Shown here piece by piece: positions 1 through 10,318 of a stretch of 21,000 nt of DNA. How positions within the stretch are numbered: position 1 is the first letter of the stretch; each line of letters opens with the position of its first letter. The notes below the pieces were generated by a model. That model searched no databases. It was not told where the DNA came from and saw only the letters and a list, made by a program, of their open reading frames with translations. Source of the stretch: Octopus sinensis (Eukaryota); assembly GCF_006345805.1 (NCBI RefSeq), contig NW_021823809.1, positions 1-21,000 of the forward strand, written 5' to 3'. The position numbers were made by a program, and so were the translations under genes.

Positions 1-7
1 TATATAT

Positions 8-310
8 GAACGTAGCGGCAGGTCTTCTCACGTACAACAAAGTAGTCCCACCCATTCTGGTAATCTCGTTTGCCAAATGCACCTCAGCAGGTTGCTCTGT
101 CCTTCTCACCTACACCAGTGTACAAACACAAGTTCAGAATAGCCCCATTCAACCGAGCCATCATCGTTCCATTCACCCACCTTTCAACAGATGTGCAGGA
201 GGACTGGACTTCCCTAATCACACTTTCCTTTTCAAGAGGAACTCGAAAATGTCAATGGGGGCTTGGCCGAAGAGAAAAGTATCTGTCTCCAGTCCTTTCA
301 TTATTGTCCA
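8..310 (-). mobile_element. Degenerate 3' end of a LINE ORF2 plus 3' UTR (probably L1/Tx1-like)
   Basis: The minus strand reads WTIMKGLETDTFLFGQAPIDIFEFLLKRKV, then after a frameshift IREVQSSCTSVERWVNGTMMARLNGAILNLCL. This resembles the C-terminus of an octopod LINE ORF2 as I recall it. No catalytic motif is present and the clade call is tentative. Confidence 0.45.
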
Positions 311-312
311 TA

Positions 313-410
313 ATACTACTACCCCCCCACCACAACCACCACCACCACCACCACCATCACACCACCACCACTACTACTACTACTTATAATAATAGTAATA
401 ATAATATTAT
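313..410. repeat. Compound (ACT)n/(ACC)n/(AAT)n microsatellite
   Basis: Direct reading. It is the source of the poly-P/H/T stretches in the ORF track. Confidence 0.95.
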
Positions 411-412
411 TT

Positions 413-810
413 CTGATTTATAGATAAGGGCAATAATTTCATGGGGAAGGAAATTGTCGGCACCAAGGAACCTGCTAAGTATAAGTCCTTTTAATTTCTT
501 GTAGTTTTCTATTCGCGCCATTTGTCGAACGGTTAAGTTACGGAATCGTAAAGAAAGAAAAAAAGCAGCAGTTATGAAGGGGTGGCAAGCTGACAAATAT
601 AGAAACAAACACACACACACACACACACACATAGTTATATGTGCAGACTTCCACACAGTTTCCACGTACCAGATTCACTCGTAAGCTATTGACCAGGCTG
701 TAGACAATAGTAAAAATAAAACCCTGCCTGAGATGGCGCGTATTGCGGATGAACGAGAAACCTTGGCTACTTGGTTGCATATGAGATTCTCAACTACACA
801 ACTTGGCATG
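413..810 (-). mobile_element. Old degenerate SINE remnant(s)
   Basis: tttgtcgaacggttaagttacggaatcgtaaa and ttccacacagtttccacgtaccagattcactc match the reverse complement of body segments of the SINE at 3488-3899. An internal (CA)n lies at the usual position. Confidence 0.55.
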
Positions 811-1169
811 GACATAATCGGTTTCTTTTTTTAAACCGTAGCGATTCCATTGTAAATTTAACCCTTGTATCTATCGGCTGCTGACACGCGGTTCAGCTTT
901 CCGTGATATTCACCAATTGCAAAAAAGAAAGTGATTCTGATCGGCATCTTCATATCTTTGCAATTTGTCTGAGATACAGGAGAAAGCAATGAACGTAGAT
1001 GGTTCAGTAGGCGGTTTTTGTGTCACGTGTACGTGTCATACGTGGCCGCTTCCTTCCGACAGCTTTCCTGCGAAGTCAATAACTAAGGTTAATAGCTGTG
1101 CGTGTGTAATGTCATTTGGTCTCACGACTGGCTGAGACCAGAGGGAGAAACACTGATAAAAGAGAAAGG

Positions 1170-1597
1170 ATGTGTATGTATGTGTACATGTGTGTGTATG
1201 TATGTATGCATATATACATATATATATATGTGTCTATATAATATATATTATATATTAATATATATATAATATATATATATTTATACATATATATGTATAC
1301 ATATATGCGTATATGTATAGAGAGAGATATTTTATATATATGTGTATGTATGTATGTGTGCATGTATGCGTGTATATAATTATATCATGTATAAATATGT
1401 TATATGTATATAGGTATATATGTATATATATATATTTATATATATATATAATATATATATATATGTATATACATATATTAAATATATGTCTGTATTTGTG
1501 TATATGTATATATATATATTTATTTTATATATATATATATGTATATATATATATACGCACATACGTGTCTGTATGGGTATACACACACATACACTCG

Positions 1598-1636
<39 letters not shown>

Positions 1637-1715
1637 GTGTGTGTATGGGTATGTGGTATATGTATTTATATATGTGTGTGTGTGTATCTATGTGTGGGTG
1701 TCTATCTGTATGTGT
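1170..1715. repeat. Imperfect (TA)n/(TG)n microsatellite field
   Basis: Direct reading. Confidence 0.95.
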
Positions 1716-1896
1716 TGAGTGTGAAAGCGAGAGTCAAGAGATTTCGAATGGAAACAGCCAACGCTTTTTTTTGCTTGTTTTCTCTTTACTACCATGATGT
1801 CAGGGTGATTCGATATGTTCTTACAACATCACATGTATAAACAGCAGCGTTGTGATAGATGGAAACGTACACAATATATACGACTTCTATAGACGT

Positions 1897-1950
1897 AACA
1901 ACAACAACAACATCAACTACTATTACTACTACTACTACTACTACTACTAC
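1897..1950. repeat. (ACA)n(ACT)n microsatellite
   Basis: Direct reading. Confidence 0.95.
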
Positions 1951-2208
1951 TTTTGTGAAAAAAGCCCACGAAAAAATACAAAAAAGCAAAACAATGCAAA
2001 ACAAAACAAAAGCTGTAATTTGTTTCTTGCAGAAAACCAGATCGTACTAATTCAGTATAAAGCGGTCACTGATTCATGAATGCACGACTGTCTATAGCTT
2101 TATATCCAGAAATTACAATGGAAGCATTAGCGTCTTGCAAATAGCATTTCTTTTCTAGTAATGTCTATTTCCTCCCACCTACCTAAAATAATAAAAGAAG
2201 GAAACAAA

Positions 2209-2210
<2 letters not shown>

Positions 2211-2255
<45 letters not shown>

Positions 2256-2291
2256 TATATATAATATATATATGTATGTATACATATATGC

Positions 2292-2324
<33 letters not shown>

Positions 2325-2326
2325 TC

Positions 2327-2360
<34 letters not shown>

Positions 2361-2509
2361 ATATATATATATGTATATATAATAGTATATGTATTATATA
2401 TACATGTATATATATATGTATATATATGTATATATATATGTATAAATAAATATATATGTATATATATGTATTATATATGTATATGTATGTGTATATATCT
2501 GTATATATT

Positions 2510-2580
<71 letters not shown>
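2211..2580. repeat. Imperfect (TA)n microsatellite
   Basis: Direct reading. Confidence 0.95.
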
Positions 2581-3487
2581 GCACAACAGACGAGATGAGA
2601 ATAACAGAATTGTTCGTTAAAACAAGAATATGTTAAGATCGAAGAATTTCCTGAAAGTATAGTAAACAGTTGAGTGTTATTTCCTTCCAAAATCACGAGA
2701 TCACCAATTCATTTAAAATGTATTTACGTCTTGGAGAACTGTATTTGGTGATGGTGTCTTCAGGAAAAAACTTTTCGTTCTGTCTAAGATTCCGAATGAA
2801 AGTTTTTTTGTTGTTATTTCTATATATTACGTTAGCCATTATTCAATGGCGTTTTTTCTTCTTTTAATTTTTTTGTGGTAGTATACTGAGTACGTATGTC
2901 TTTTCCTTTTAAAAAGAACTGTATTTCCTAATGTAATAACAACCCGACCATTCTGTCATGTAATAGGATTCTAGTATTCATTTTTCGTCTCAGTAGTTCA
3001 GAGAATAACACCAAGATTTCGAAAGAGATTTAGCGGCTCTGAAAACAAGATGCCTTGGAAGGCAATAGGCGGCGGAATCTTTCTTTTTCGTGCAGCTATA
3101 CGTATCATAGAAGTCGATCAAGTAAGAATAAAGACAGCCAAATTTGAAGAAACGAACCCTAGTTATGAGTACAAGCATAAAGCAATCAGCGTGAGATGAT
3201 TCTGTCTTGAATTTAAGTATCTTATTTCATAACATGTGCAGAAGATTTGCAGAAACCTCAGTAAAATGGATTAACGGATAAAATGAAAAGCCCTAATGCT
3301 ATCTCGTTTTCAGTTTTTTTTTTATATTGCGGGTTCAAAGCGCCAATGATTTAACCATCTTAGCAATTAAGCTGGCAATACCCGGCCGAAATATCCTTCC
3401 AGTTTCAATTTCAAACTGCCCAAATCTAGCCACTCACACTTACACTACAAATTCATCTTTAAAATATATAATCTTTAAAATATATAA

Positions 3488-3899
3488 GGCGCAGGAGTGG
3501 CTCTGTGGTAAGTAGCTTGCTAACCAACCACATGGTTCCGGGTTCAGTCCCACTGCGTGGCATCTTGGGCAAGTGTTTTCTGCTATAGCCCTGGACCAAC
3601 CAATGCCTTGTGAGTGGATTTGGTAGACGGAAACTGAAAGAAGGCTGTCGTATATATGTATATATATATTATATATATATATGGGGGGGGTCTGTGTTTG
3701 TCCCCCTAGCATTGCTTGACAACCGATGCTGGTGTGTTTACGTCCCCGTCACTTAGCGGTTCGGCAAAAGAGACCGATAGAATAAGTACTGGGCTTACAA
3801 AAGAATAAGTGCCGGGGTCGATTTGCTCGACTAAAAAGGCGGCGCTCCAGCATGGCCGCAGTCAAATGACTGAAAACAAGTAAAAGAGTAAAGAGAGTA
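3488..3899 (+). mobile_element. Full-length octopod-type tRNA-derived SINE (family A)
   Basis: tRNA-like head with A-box-like tggctctgtgg and B-box-like ggttcagtccc. CORE-like atcttgggcaagtg follows, then an internal (TA)n and the tail ...ccagcatggccgcagtcaaatgactgaaaacaagtaaaagag. Close paralogues lie at 12127 and 19583. Confidence 0.9.
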
Positions 3900-4040
3900 A
3901 TCGCATCATTAAAATCCCAAAGCTATGAGACAGTGAATGGGTAATTCAAAATAATGTGATTACGTTACTATTACGTGTAATTGCCAGAGGGTTAACTTAA
4001 TCTCTTATCACACGGTTTTAAAAACCGTGTTTTATAAAAC

Positions 4041-4466
4041 GCAAACACGGCTGCGTGGGTAAAAAGGTTACTTTGCGAGTACATTGTTTCGGGTTCAGTT
4101 TCACTTTGACAAGTATCTTCTGCTATAGCTCCGGGTCGACCGATGCCTTACGAGTAAATTTGGTGGACGAAATTGTGTGTAAGCACGTTGTACACACACA
4201 CACACGCACACAAACAGACACGCACACACACACACACACATGTTTATGTGTGTGTGTACCTTTCTATATGAGTATATACTTGTGTTTCCCCAGTGTTTGA
4301 CTGCCGGTGTTGGTTCGTTTACATCCGCGTAAATTAGAGGTTTAGCAAAAGAGACCGGTGGGATATATGCGAGACTTAAAAGAAAGGGGAAAAATGTCTC
4401 GGGATCGATTTCATCAACTAAAACCATTAAAGCGGTGCTCCAGCATGGCTGCTTTGCAACGACTGA
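4041..4466 (+). mobile_element. Diverged SINE, family A-related
   Basis: Colinear with 3488-3899: caagtatcttctgctatagc, an internal (CA)n/(TG)n, gcaaaagagaccg, and gcggtgctccagcatggc...gactga. Confidence 0.75.
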
Positions 4467-4604
4467 TCCCTGAAATTAATACTATAAGCGACATCTACAA
4501 AAGTCACTCAGTCCCATATATTCTTTCTTACAGTTTCACAAGACTTTATTTTTTTCTCATATTACGAAACAGCAAAAGTATATTAATTGCGAAACTATAA
4601 CACT

Positions 4605-4938
4605 GTCGCGTGGCTTAGTGGTTAGAGCGTCGAGCTTACGATCGTGAGGTTGTGAGCTCGAATCCCGGACCGGGCTGCGTGTTGTGTTCTTGATCAAGAC
4701 ACTTTATTTCACGTTGCTCCACTTCACTCAGCTGTAGAAATGAGTTGCGACGTCACAGGTGCCAAGCTGTATCGGCCCCTTTGCCTGTCCCTTGGACAAC
4801 ATCGGTGACGTGGAGAGGAGAGACCGGTATGCATGGGCGACTGCTGGTCATCCATAAAACAACCTTGCCCAGACTTGTGCCTCAGAGGGTAACTCTCTAG
4901 GTGCAAACCCATGGTCAGTGTCTGATCGAAGGGGGTCA
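4605..4938 (+). mobile_element. tRNA-derived SINE (family B)
   Basis: A box TGGCTTAGTGG (4611-4621) and B box AGCTCGAATCC (4655-4665). A CORE-like tgtgttcttgatcaagacactttatttcacgttgctcc...cagctgtagaaatgag segment follows, then a non-tRNA body. Confidence 0.8.
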
Positions 4939-5262
4939 AAAAAAAATAACACTGTCTAACAGGCTCTTTGTCCCTGGGTAGCAATTGTTTTTTCCTATTT
5001 GCTGACCCTAGAAAGTATGAAAAATAGGCTAATATTTCCTTCAGATTGGCTTTTGTTACATTTATTGAAACACGCCCCAAAATCTGTCTTAACACATGAC
5101 TCTCATGCTTCCCCACTAGTCCTGGTCATGATCAGTGATGCAATGCAAATATTGTCAGTCTCTAAGGAACATGTTCAAGTGGTTAAGGCCAAGTAACCGA
5201 CAAGCAAATCTGTGCTGTTGAACAGAATATTTGCAATAACGATAGCACACACACACACACAC

Positions 5263-5294
<32 letters not shown>

Positions 5295-5315
5295 ATATAT
5301 GTATTTTAAAGAAAC

Positions 5316-5517
5316 ACTCATTATTACTATGGACTCCGTGTGGGCAGTCATCTAAAAGTGTTTGTTCGTCATGATGCTGACATAAGTTCCTTGTCTTTCC
5401 TGATGGGAAGACGGCATAATGCACCCTTTATTCCTTCGGAATTGAGAATTGCAGTCTTCGAAACATATGTCGGGAATAAAGGAATTTTGTTAAATCGTCG
5501 TTCGACTCCATTCTTTC

Positions 5518-5521
<4 letters not shown>
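5316..5521 (+). mobile_element. ~206-bp (TA)n-anchored HHR-bearing element, copy 1 (Penelope-like terminal repeat or small retrozyme)
   Basis: About 93% identical (12 substitutions, 2 indels by hand alignment) to the reverse complement of 6690-6895. Its 3' end runs directly into (TA)n. Confidence 0.85.
5386..5485 (+). ncRNA. Type I hammerhead ribozyme with a core mutation (CUGAUGG, A9G)
   Basis: CTGATGG at 5400-5406. Stem II GAAGAC/GTCTTC, then GAAAC-ATAT-GTC at 5460-5471. Stem I gttccttgtctttc/gggaataaaggaat has mismatches. Probably impaired. Confidence 0.75.
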
Positions 5522-5601
<80 letters not shown>

Positions 5602-5612
5602 CATATACATAT
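5521..5612. repeat. Long near-perfect (TA)n
   Basis: Direct reading. Confidence 0.95.
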
Positions 5613-5859
5613 ACAAATGACTACCTTTACATAGATCATATTTCAACAGGTTACAGATAGTTATGAAAATTAAATTGAAAATGATGAGAGTATATGAAAA
5701 GGAAAAATGGAAAAAAATACTATTTACTTAACATGGAAAGATTTACATGTAATTATTACAGTTCCTGAAGATCTTTCATCTCACTATTGAGGGGGAAGCT
5801 ATCAGTTCCGTAAACATTTCCTTTGTGTCAGAAGTTCACGCGAAAGCGGTCACTCACAC

Positions 5860-5975
5860 GTATACACACATACACACACACACACATTGACACACGCGTA
5901 TGCACATACAGCCACACACCCACACGCAGATACAGAAGCGAACACGTACACCCGTATATATATATGCATATATGC

Positions 5976-6008
<33 letters not shown>

Positions 6009-6149
6009 GACATAAACACACACGTGTATATACGTACATTTATATATATATATATACATGCATACACGTATATGGTAGCATTATGCGTGAATGTATCTAT
6101 GTGCGTTTCTATATATATATATATTATATATATCTATATATATATAATA

Positions 6150-6191
<42 letters not shown>

Positions 6192-6224
6192 CATACATAT
6201 GTATTCTAAATATTTAACTATATA

Positions 6225-6272
<48 letters not shown>

Positions 6273-6350
6273 CATATAAATATGTATATATACATACATA
6301 CTTATATGCACATATATATATATATGTGTGTGTGTTTGTATATATATATA
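5860..6350. repeat. (CA)n/(TA)n microsatellite field
   Basis: Direct reading. Confidence 0.9.
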
Positions 6351-6637
6351 TGTTCAACTTCACATAAGACAATTGAGTGTCTGCGTCGTTAAAGTGTCAG
6401 ACATAAAAAGTGTTGCACAATCTATCCCGGATCATTGTTAACTGGGTGTACATTCACTCTTTTATCACATTGCTTTTTATCATTTGCGCTCACTTCTGAA
6501 GTAAATCTCTAGTGATGAAGTCCTGCTGTCTGCATCTGTAAGATGATAGCTGTTGAAATGCTCCATACCCTTATACCCCTATATATACATACAAAGATAC
6601 ATTCATACATATATGTATACACATAAATATATATATA

Positions 6638-6689
<52 letters not shown>

Positions 6690-6693
<4 letters not shown>

Positions 6694-6895
6694 GAAAGAA
6701 TGGAGTCGAATGGCGATTTAACAAATTCCTTTATTCTCGACATATGTTTCGAAGACTGCATATTCTCAATTCCGAAGGAATACAGGGTGCATTATGCCGC
6801 CTTCTCATCAGGAAAAACAAGGAACTTATGTCAGCATCATGACGAATAAAATCCTTTAGATGACTGCCCACACGGAGTCCATAGTGATAATGAGT
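6690..6895 (-). mobile_element. ~206-bp (TA)n-anchored HHR-bearing element, copy 2
   Basis: Inverted paralogue of 5316-5521 with the same 5' boundary (actcatta...). Its 3' end abuts the (TA)n at ~6625-6690. Confidence 0.85.
6725..6825 (-). ncRNA. Canonical type I hammerhead ribozyme
   Basis: The minus strand reads GUUCCUUGUUUUUC-CUGAUGA-GAAGGC...GUCUUC-GAAAC-AUAU-GUC^GAGAAUAAAGGAAU. The core is intact with G10.1-C11.1. Stem I pairs 12 of 14 positions, and stem II has a 6-bp base plus GCAUA/UAUGC. Predicted cleavage is between 6739 and 6738. Confidence 0.88.
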
Positions 6896-6970
6896 ACCCG
6901 GGTATCGGTTAACCGAATTATCCATACTAGGATAATTCATTCAACTACATATATATATATATATATATAT

Positions 6971-7036
6971 GATTGATTGATTGATTGATTGATTCTAGTT
7001 TCAGCTTATGAGCTGTGGCCATGCTGGGGTACCGCC
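6971..7036 (-). mobile_element. SINE 3' end with (AATC)n tail
   Basis: The reverse complement reads ggcggtaccccagcatggccacagctcataagctgaaactag followed by (AATC)6. This matches the family A terminal motif. Confidence 0.75.
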
Positions 7037-7037
7037 A

Positions 7038-7088
<51 letters not shown>

Positions 7089-7090
7089 AT

Positions 7091-7260
7091 ATAGTTCAAA
7101 TTGACAGAAAACAAGAAAGGTAAGGGAACATCAAGCAGTTGTATTAGTATGATGATCGGAAAAGGAATGGAAAAAGCCTTTGATGCTTCGAGTTTGCGCT
7201 CTTCGACCGAAATTCCTAAGAGTGAACGGAAAACGGAAAGAGAAAATATGTCTAGGGTTT
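7091..7260 (-). mobile_element. Penelope-like 3' terminal fragment, degenerate
   Basis: Homologous to 7533-7700 (gttgtattagtatg...cttcgagtttgcgctcttcgacc). Its 3' end abuts (TA)n. Confidence 0.55.
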
Positions 7261-7393
7261 AACGTTTGAATATGATGTAATAACCGGAAGAGGCTGAGTC
7301 ATACATACGTACACACACGCACACACACACACACACACACCACACACATATATATATATATATATACATAGGTACAAACATATACATATACAA

Positions 7394-7444
<51 letters not shown>

Positions 7445-7495
7445 TACAAACATATACATATACAAATATATATATAATATGTTATATATTATAGA

Positions 7496-7532
<37 letters not shown>

Positions 7533-7533
<1 letters not shown>

Positions 7534-7700
7534 ATAACGGGAAGCTTTATGAAAATAAACAAAAGACGAAGGCAGGTGGAAAACAACGAACAATTGTATT
7601 AGTATGGCGCTCAGGAAATATAAATAAAACAAGTCTTTAACGTTTCGAGCCTACGCTCTTCAACAGAAAGATACAGAGAGAGAGAAAAACACAGAAAGAA
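7533..7700 (-). mobile_element. Penelope-like 3' terminal fragment with a minimal HHR-like motif
   Basis: The minus strand reads atcttt-CTGTTGA-A-GAGC gtag GCTC-GAAACGTT-AAAGAc at 7634-7671 and ends in ...aagcttcccgttat(TA)n. The core is non-canonical. Confidence 0.55.
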
Positions 7701-8504
7701 GGAGAGAAAAAAAATGCGTGCAGTAGCTAACGAATCAACATATGTGTGTGTGTGTAGGGGTGAATAATGCGGTTCATATTTCCATTAGAATTTACGTAAC
7801 CTTTGTATATAAGAGGGTGAGTGCAAAAGTAATTCAGATAAAAATTGCATTTCATCGCAATGGAATCTGGCGTATAAAGAGAGAAACTGAAACTGAAAAT
7901 AAGAGTGAAAACATATAAGCATGCAGGTAATTTTAAATTTGAGCCATAAGCGAACTAAACATTAATGGAATCTATAAAAGAGTTTATATATTTATTCCGA
8001 AAAATTAAAAATCAAATGAGCTTGCAGATATATTTTAATTAAGTAATTGTTTCAAACACGCAAATAGATTTTTAGACACACACACACACACAACACGTAC
8101 GGACGCATGCGCGCAAAGAAACTCTACATTGTCTCTCACTCATACGTTCACAGACACTAACGCATTCCTACACAGGCGCTGCGGTGTATACAGACACGTA
8201 TAGACATGTATATGTTTGTGTTTACCCATGTGTTTATGAAGAGAGAATTGTTCCTCAATAATTAAAGTTCAATATTTATGCAGCAATTACTTAGTTTTCG
8301 CAAAAATTAATTAACTAAAGTCTACAAACTCTCGGCATATAACCACGTACAAACTCACACACGCACTCTCATAAACATATACATATACATAAACACAAGA
8401 AGATATATGCGTATTTTCAATAGAATATGTGTACTCACACATTTACCCACCAACACTTATATTAATCTTATGCAGCTCCACGCATTAAACCGGATCAAAT
8501 TGTT

Positions 8505-8533
8505 TTTCATAATAATAATAATGATTTCTCTTA

Positions 8534-8573
<40 letters not shown>

Positions 8574-8598
8574 GCTGGTGTTGCTGCTGCTGGTGCTG

Positions 8599-8652
<54 letters not shown>

Positions 8653-8677
8653 ATAATAATAATAATAATAATAATAA
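8505..8677. repeat. Compound (AAT)n/(CTA)n/(CTG)-interrupted/(AAT)n microsatellite
   Basis: Direct reading. It is the source of the poly-L and poly-S ORFs. Confidence 0.95.
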
Positions 8678-8707
8678 GTAGCCCACATCCTACGCAAGGC
8701 ATTCTAA
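8678..8707 (+). mobile_element. Possible extreme C-terminus of an RLE-type LINE ORF
   Basis: gta gcc cac atc cta cgc aag gca ttc taa = VAHILRKAF*, similar to the xTAHILRKxL end of R4/Dong-like ORFs. The match is very short. Confidence 0.35.
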
Positions 8708-8944
8708 TAATGCAACATAAATATATCAGACACACTCTAAACAGCATATATCCAATGAAAAATACTTCCACCGGCAAGTTAGATAACCAAAACCAAAGCA
8801 TTGCGTACACGTCACGCAATACCAGCAGTAACACAAGAAAAGATTGCAAGAGAAAAGATACAGTACCGAAAGAGTTTGGGCACTTCCAACAGCAGAAATG
8901 AACACAAAGAGAAATTATTTGGGGTTTGAATAATTCACCTCTGG

Positions 8945-8992
8945 CAACATCCTTAAACAACCTTCGTTCAACATCCTTAAACAACCCTTATT
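8945..8992. repeat. 24-bp tandem duplication
   Basis: caacatccttaaacaaccttcgtt / caacatccttaaacaacccttatt. Confidence 0.85.
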
Positions 8993-8999
8993 CAGGGAC

Positions 9000-9240
9000 A
9001 TTCTGAGCGGGTGCAGTTCTCGACCTGAAGAAAATCTCAACTGGACCCCACCTGCAAGTTCACACGGTGTTTGCCTTGATATAAAATCAGTATGTCGCCA
9101 CATATGGTTGTGGTGCATGTGCCTAGTGTACACTTACAAGACGGGTAGTCAGAATGGGTATATTGGGTTTTGTATATTTTACCCCAGTATCACTTTCATG
9201 GCATGCACTGCTTGGTCACTCAAAAAATCCCCCATTGGCA
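9000..9240 (+). mobile_element. Unclassified interspersed repeat fragment (probable retroelement 3' UTR)
   Basis: catatggttgtggtgcatgtgcc...gacgggtagtc...gtatattttaccccagt...ggcatgcactgc resembles a common octopod repeat end as I recall it. Not verifiable here. Confidence 0.4.
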
Positions 9241-9249
9241 AATATTGAT

Positions 9250-9637
9250 CTGTCGCAAACAAGCTGTTGTAGACCAAAAGCACATGCATCAGTCGCTATG
9301 GAACTCAGGGCTAAAGGCAGAGAGTGAAGGCTTTATATTGGCTGCTGAAGATCAGAGCTTATTGACCGGGAACTGTCAAGCCAATGTGATGAAAAATAGT
9401 TTAGACCCAAAATGACGATACTGCTACAAAATCATGACACGATAGAGTTGACCAACATCTACATTGGGTAATGTGTCGCCATTACTGCAGACAAGTGGCA
9501 CAAACACCACCCTGAAGCTGTAACTGAGGGAGAAAATGTAACTATTCTTTGGGATTTCCCAGTATGTACAGGCGGGACCATCAAATCAAACAGACCAGAT
9601 ATTGTTGTGAAAGACCAAAACAATAAAGCCTATTCTT
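9250..9637 (+). mobile_element. R4/Dong-like non-LTR retrotransposon fragment (zinc-knuckle/RLE region), pseudogenised
   Basis: VDQKHMHQSLWNSGLKAESEGFILAAEDQSLLTGNCQANVMKNSLDPK*RYC, then after deletions and frameshifts HDRVDQHLHWVMCRHY and TADKWHKHHPEAVTEGENVTILWDFPV...IKSNRPDIVVKD. RPD is the start of the restriction-like endonuclease motif. Confidence 0.85.
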
Positions 9638-9890
9638 GTCGAAATTCTTAGTGCTTGGGCAAAAACTCAGTCCAAGCTCTAGGTTTGAGACATCGACGGG
9701 CGAAAGTTTTAGTTTAGATAAATTTATGACCGACTTATTCTGTAGCGTGATGGTTTTTCTAGGGCAAGTGGTTTTCAGAGATTTTTCTCATTTGATTTCT
9801 GACTACTTTTTGGACGTTGCTCGAAATCTTCACTTAAAAGACGGAACCTATTGGGGGATAAAATTTGTTCTGAATGTTCTTGTTGAATTG

Positions 9891-10280
9891 TATTAGGTCA
9901 AGTATGGAATTTGTAGAAAAGAGAAAAAGTTTGCTAATGTTTTATAAATACAAGGACTAGTTTTATTCCTCAAAGCGTGCACCCATATTGTCAATACACT
10001 TTTGCCATTTCAGCGGTAGCTTGTCCAACCCGGAACTGAACTATAAAAGCCCGGTTATCTAGAGTCAATAAAATCTCGGAAAGCCTGTTTTACAGCATTC
10101 TCGGAATTGAATTCTTTTCTATCAAACTTATCCAAATTCTGGAAGAAGTGGTAGTCAGTGGGAGCAAGATCATGTGAGGATGGTGGATGATGGAGAACTT
10201 CCAAGTGCAAATCCTGTAGTTTTGCCGATGTCATTTTTGTGATGTGTGGTCTGGTTTTGTCTTTCAATAAAATAGGATGG
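9891..10280 (-). mobile_element. Mariner (Tc1/mariner, D34D) transposase 3' fragment with right end
   Basis: PILLKDKTRPH...HHPPSSHDLAPTDYHFF has exactly 34 residues between the two Asp residues. The frameshifted C-terminus reads DKLPLKWQKCIDNMGARFEE*. The end is TA|TTAGGTC at 9891. Confidence 0.9.
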
Positions 10281-10318
10281 CCGCAGTGAAATGACTGAAA
10301 CAAGTAAAAGAGTAAAGA
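10277..10318 (+). mobile_element. Isolated family A SINE 3' tail
   Basis: atggccgcagtgaaatgactgaaacaagtaaaagagtaaag matches 3852-3895. Confidence 0.75.

Noticed and set aside
1112-2696. Many 60-175 aa ORFs rich in Y/I/C/V (also at 5428-6217, 7252-7640 and 13175-14006)
   Set aside because: They are translations of (TA)n/(TG)n/(CA)n tracts, which lack stop codons in some frames. No domain content.
2700-2775. Other CTGANGA heptamers (minus strand 2757-2763; plus strand ~5765, ~9027, ~9344, ~14628)
   Set aside because: None has a downstream GAAAC..NUH with closing stems I-III. Two lie inside LINE or SINE sequence.
2994-3120. Candidate internal exon (tttttcgtctcag acceptor, GTAAGA donor, one open frame VQRITPRFRKRFSGSENKMPWKAIGGGIFLFRAAIRIIEVDQ)
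   Set aside because: I recognise no protein similarity and find no partner exons. Such signals arise often by chance, so RNA-seq or homology would be needed.
4605-4670. tRNA gene
   Set aside because: A and B boxes are present, but no acceptor stem closes and the sequence continues into a SINE body. The same holds for the heads at 3488, 12127 and 15754.
4940-5245. Possible further interspersed repeat
   Set aside because: It looks repeat-like from memory, but there is no second copy or diagnostic motif in the window to support a call.
7808-7860. Possible Tc1/mariner TIR (tataagagggtgagtgcaaaagtaatt)
   Set aside because: It resembles mariner ends, but no matching opposite TIR or transposase sequence is nearby.
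8407-8984. Overlapping 164-aa and 175-aa ORFs with poly-Leu / poly-Ser
   Set aside because: They are produced by the (CTA)n/(AAT)n microsatellite and the flanks have no recognisable protein features.
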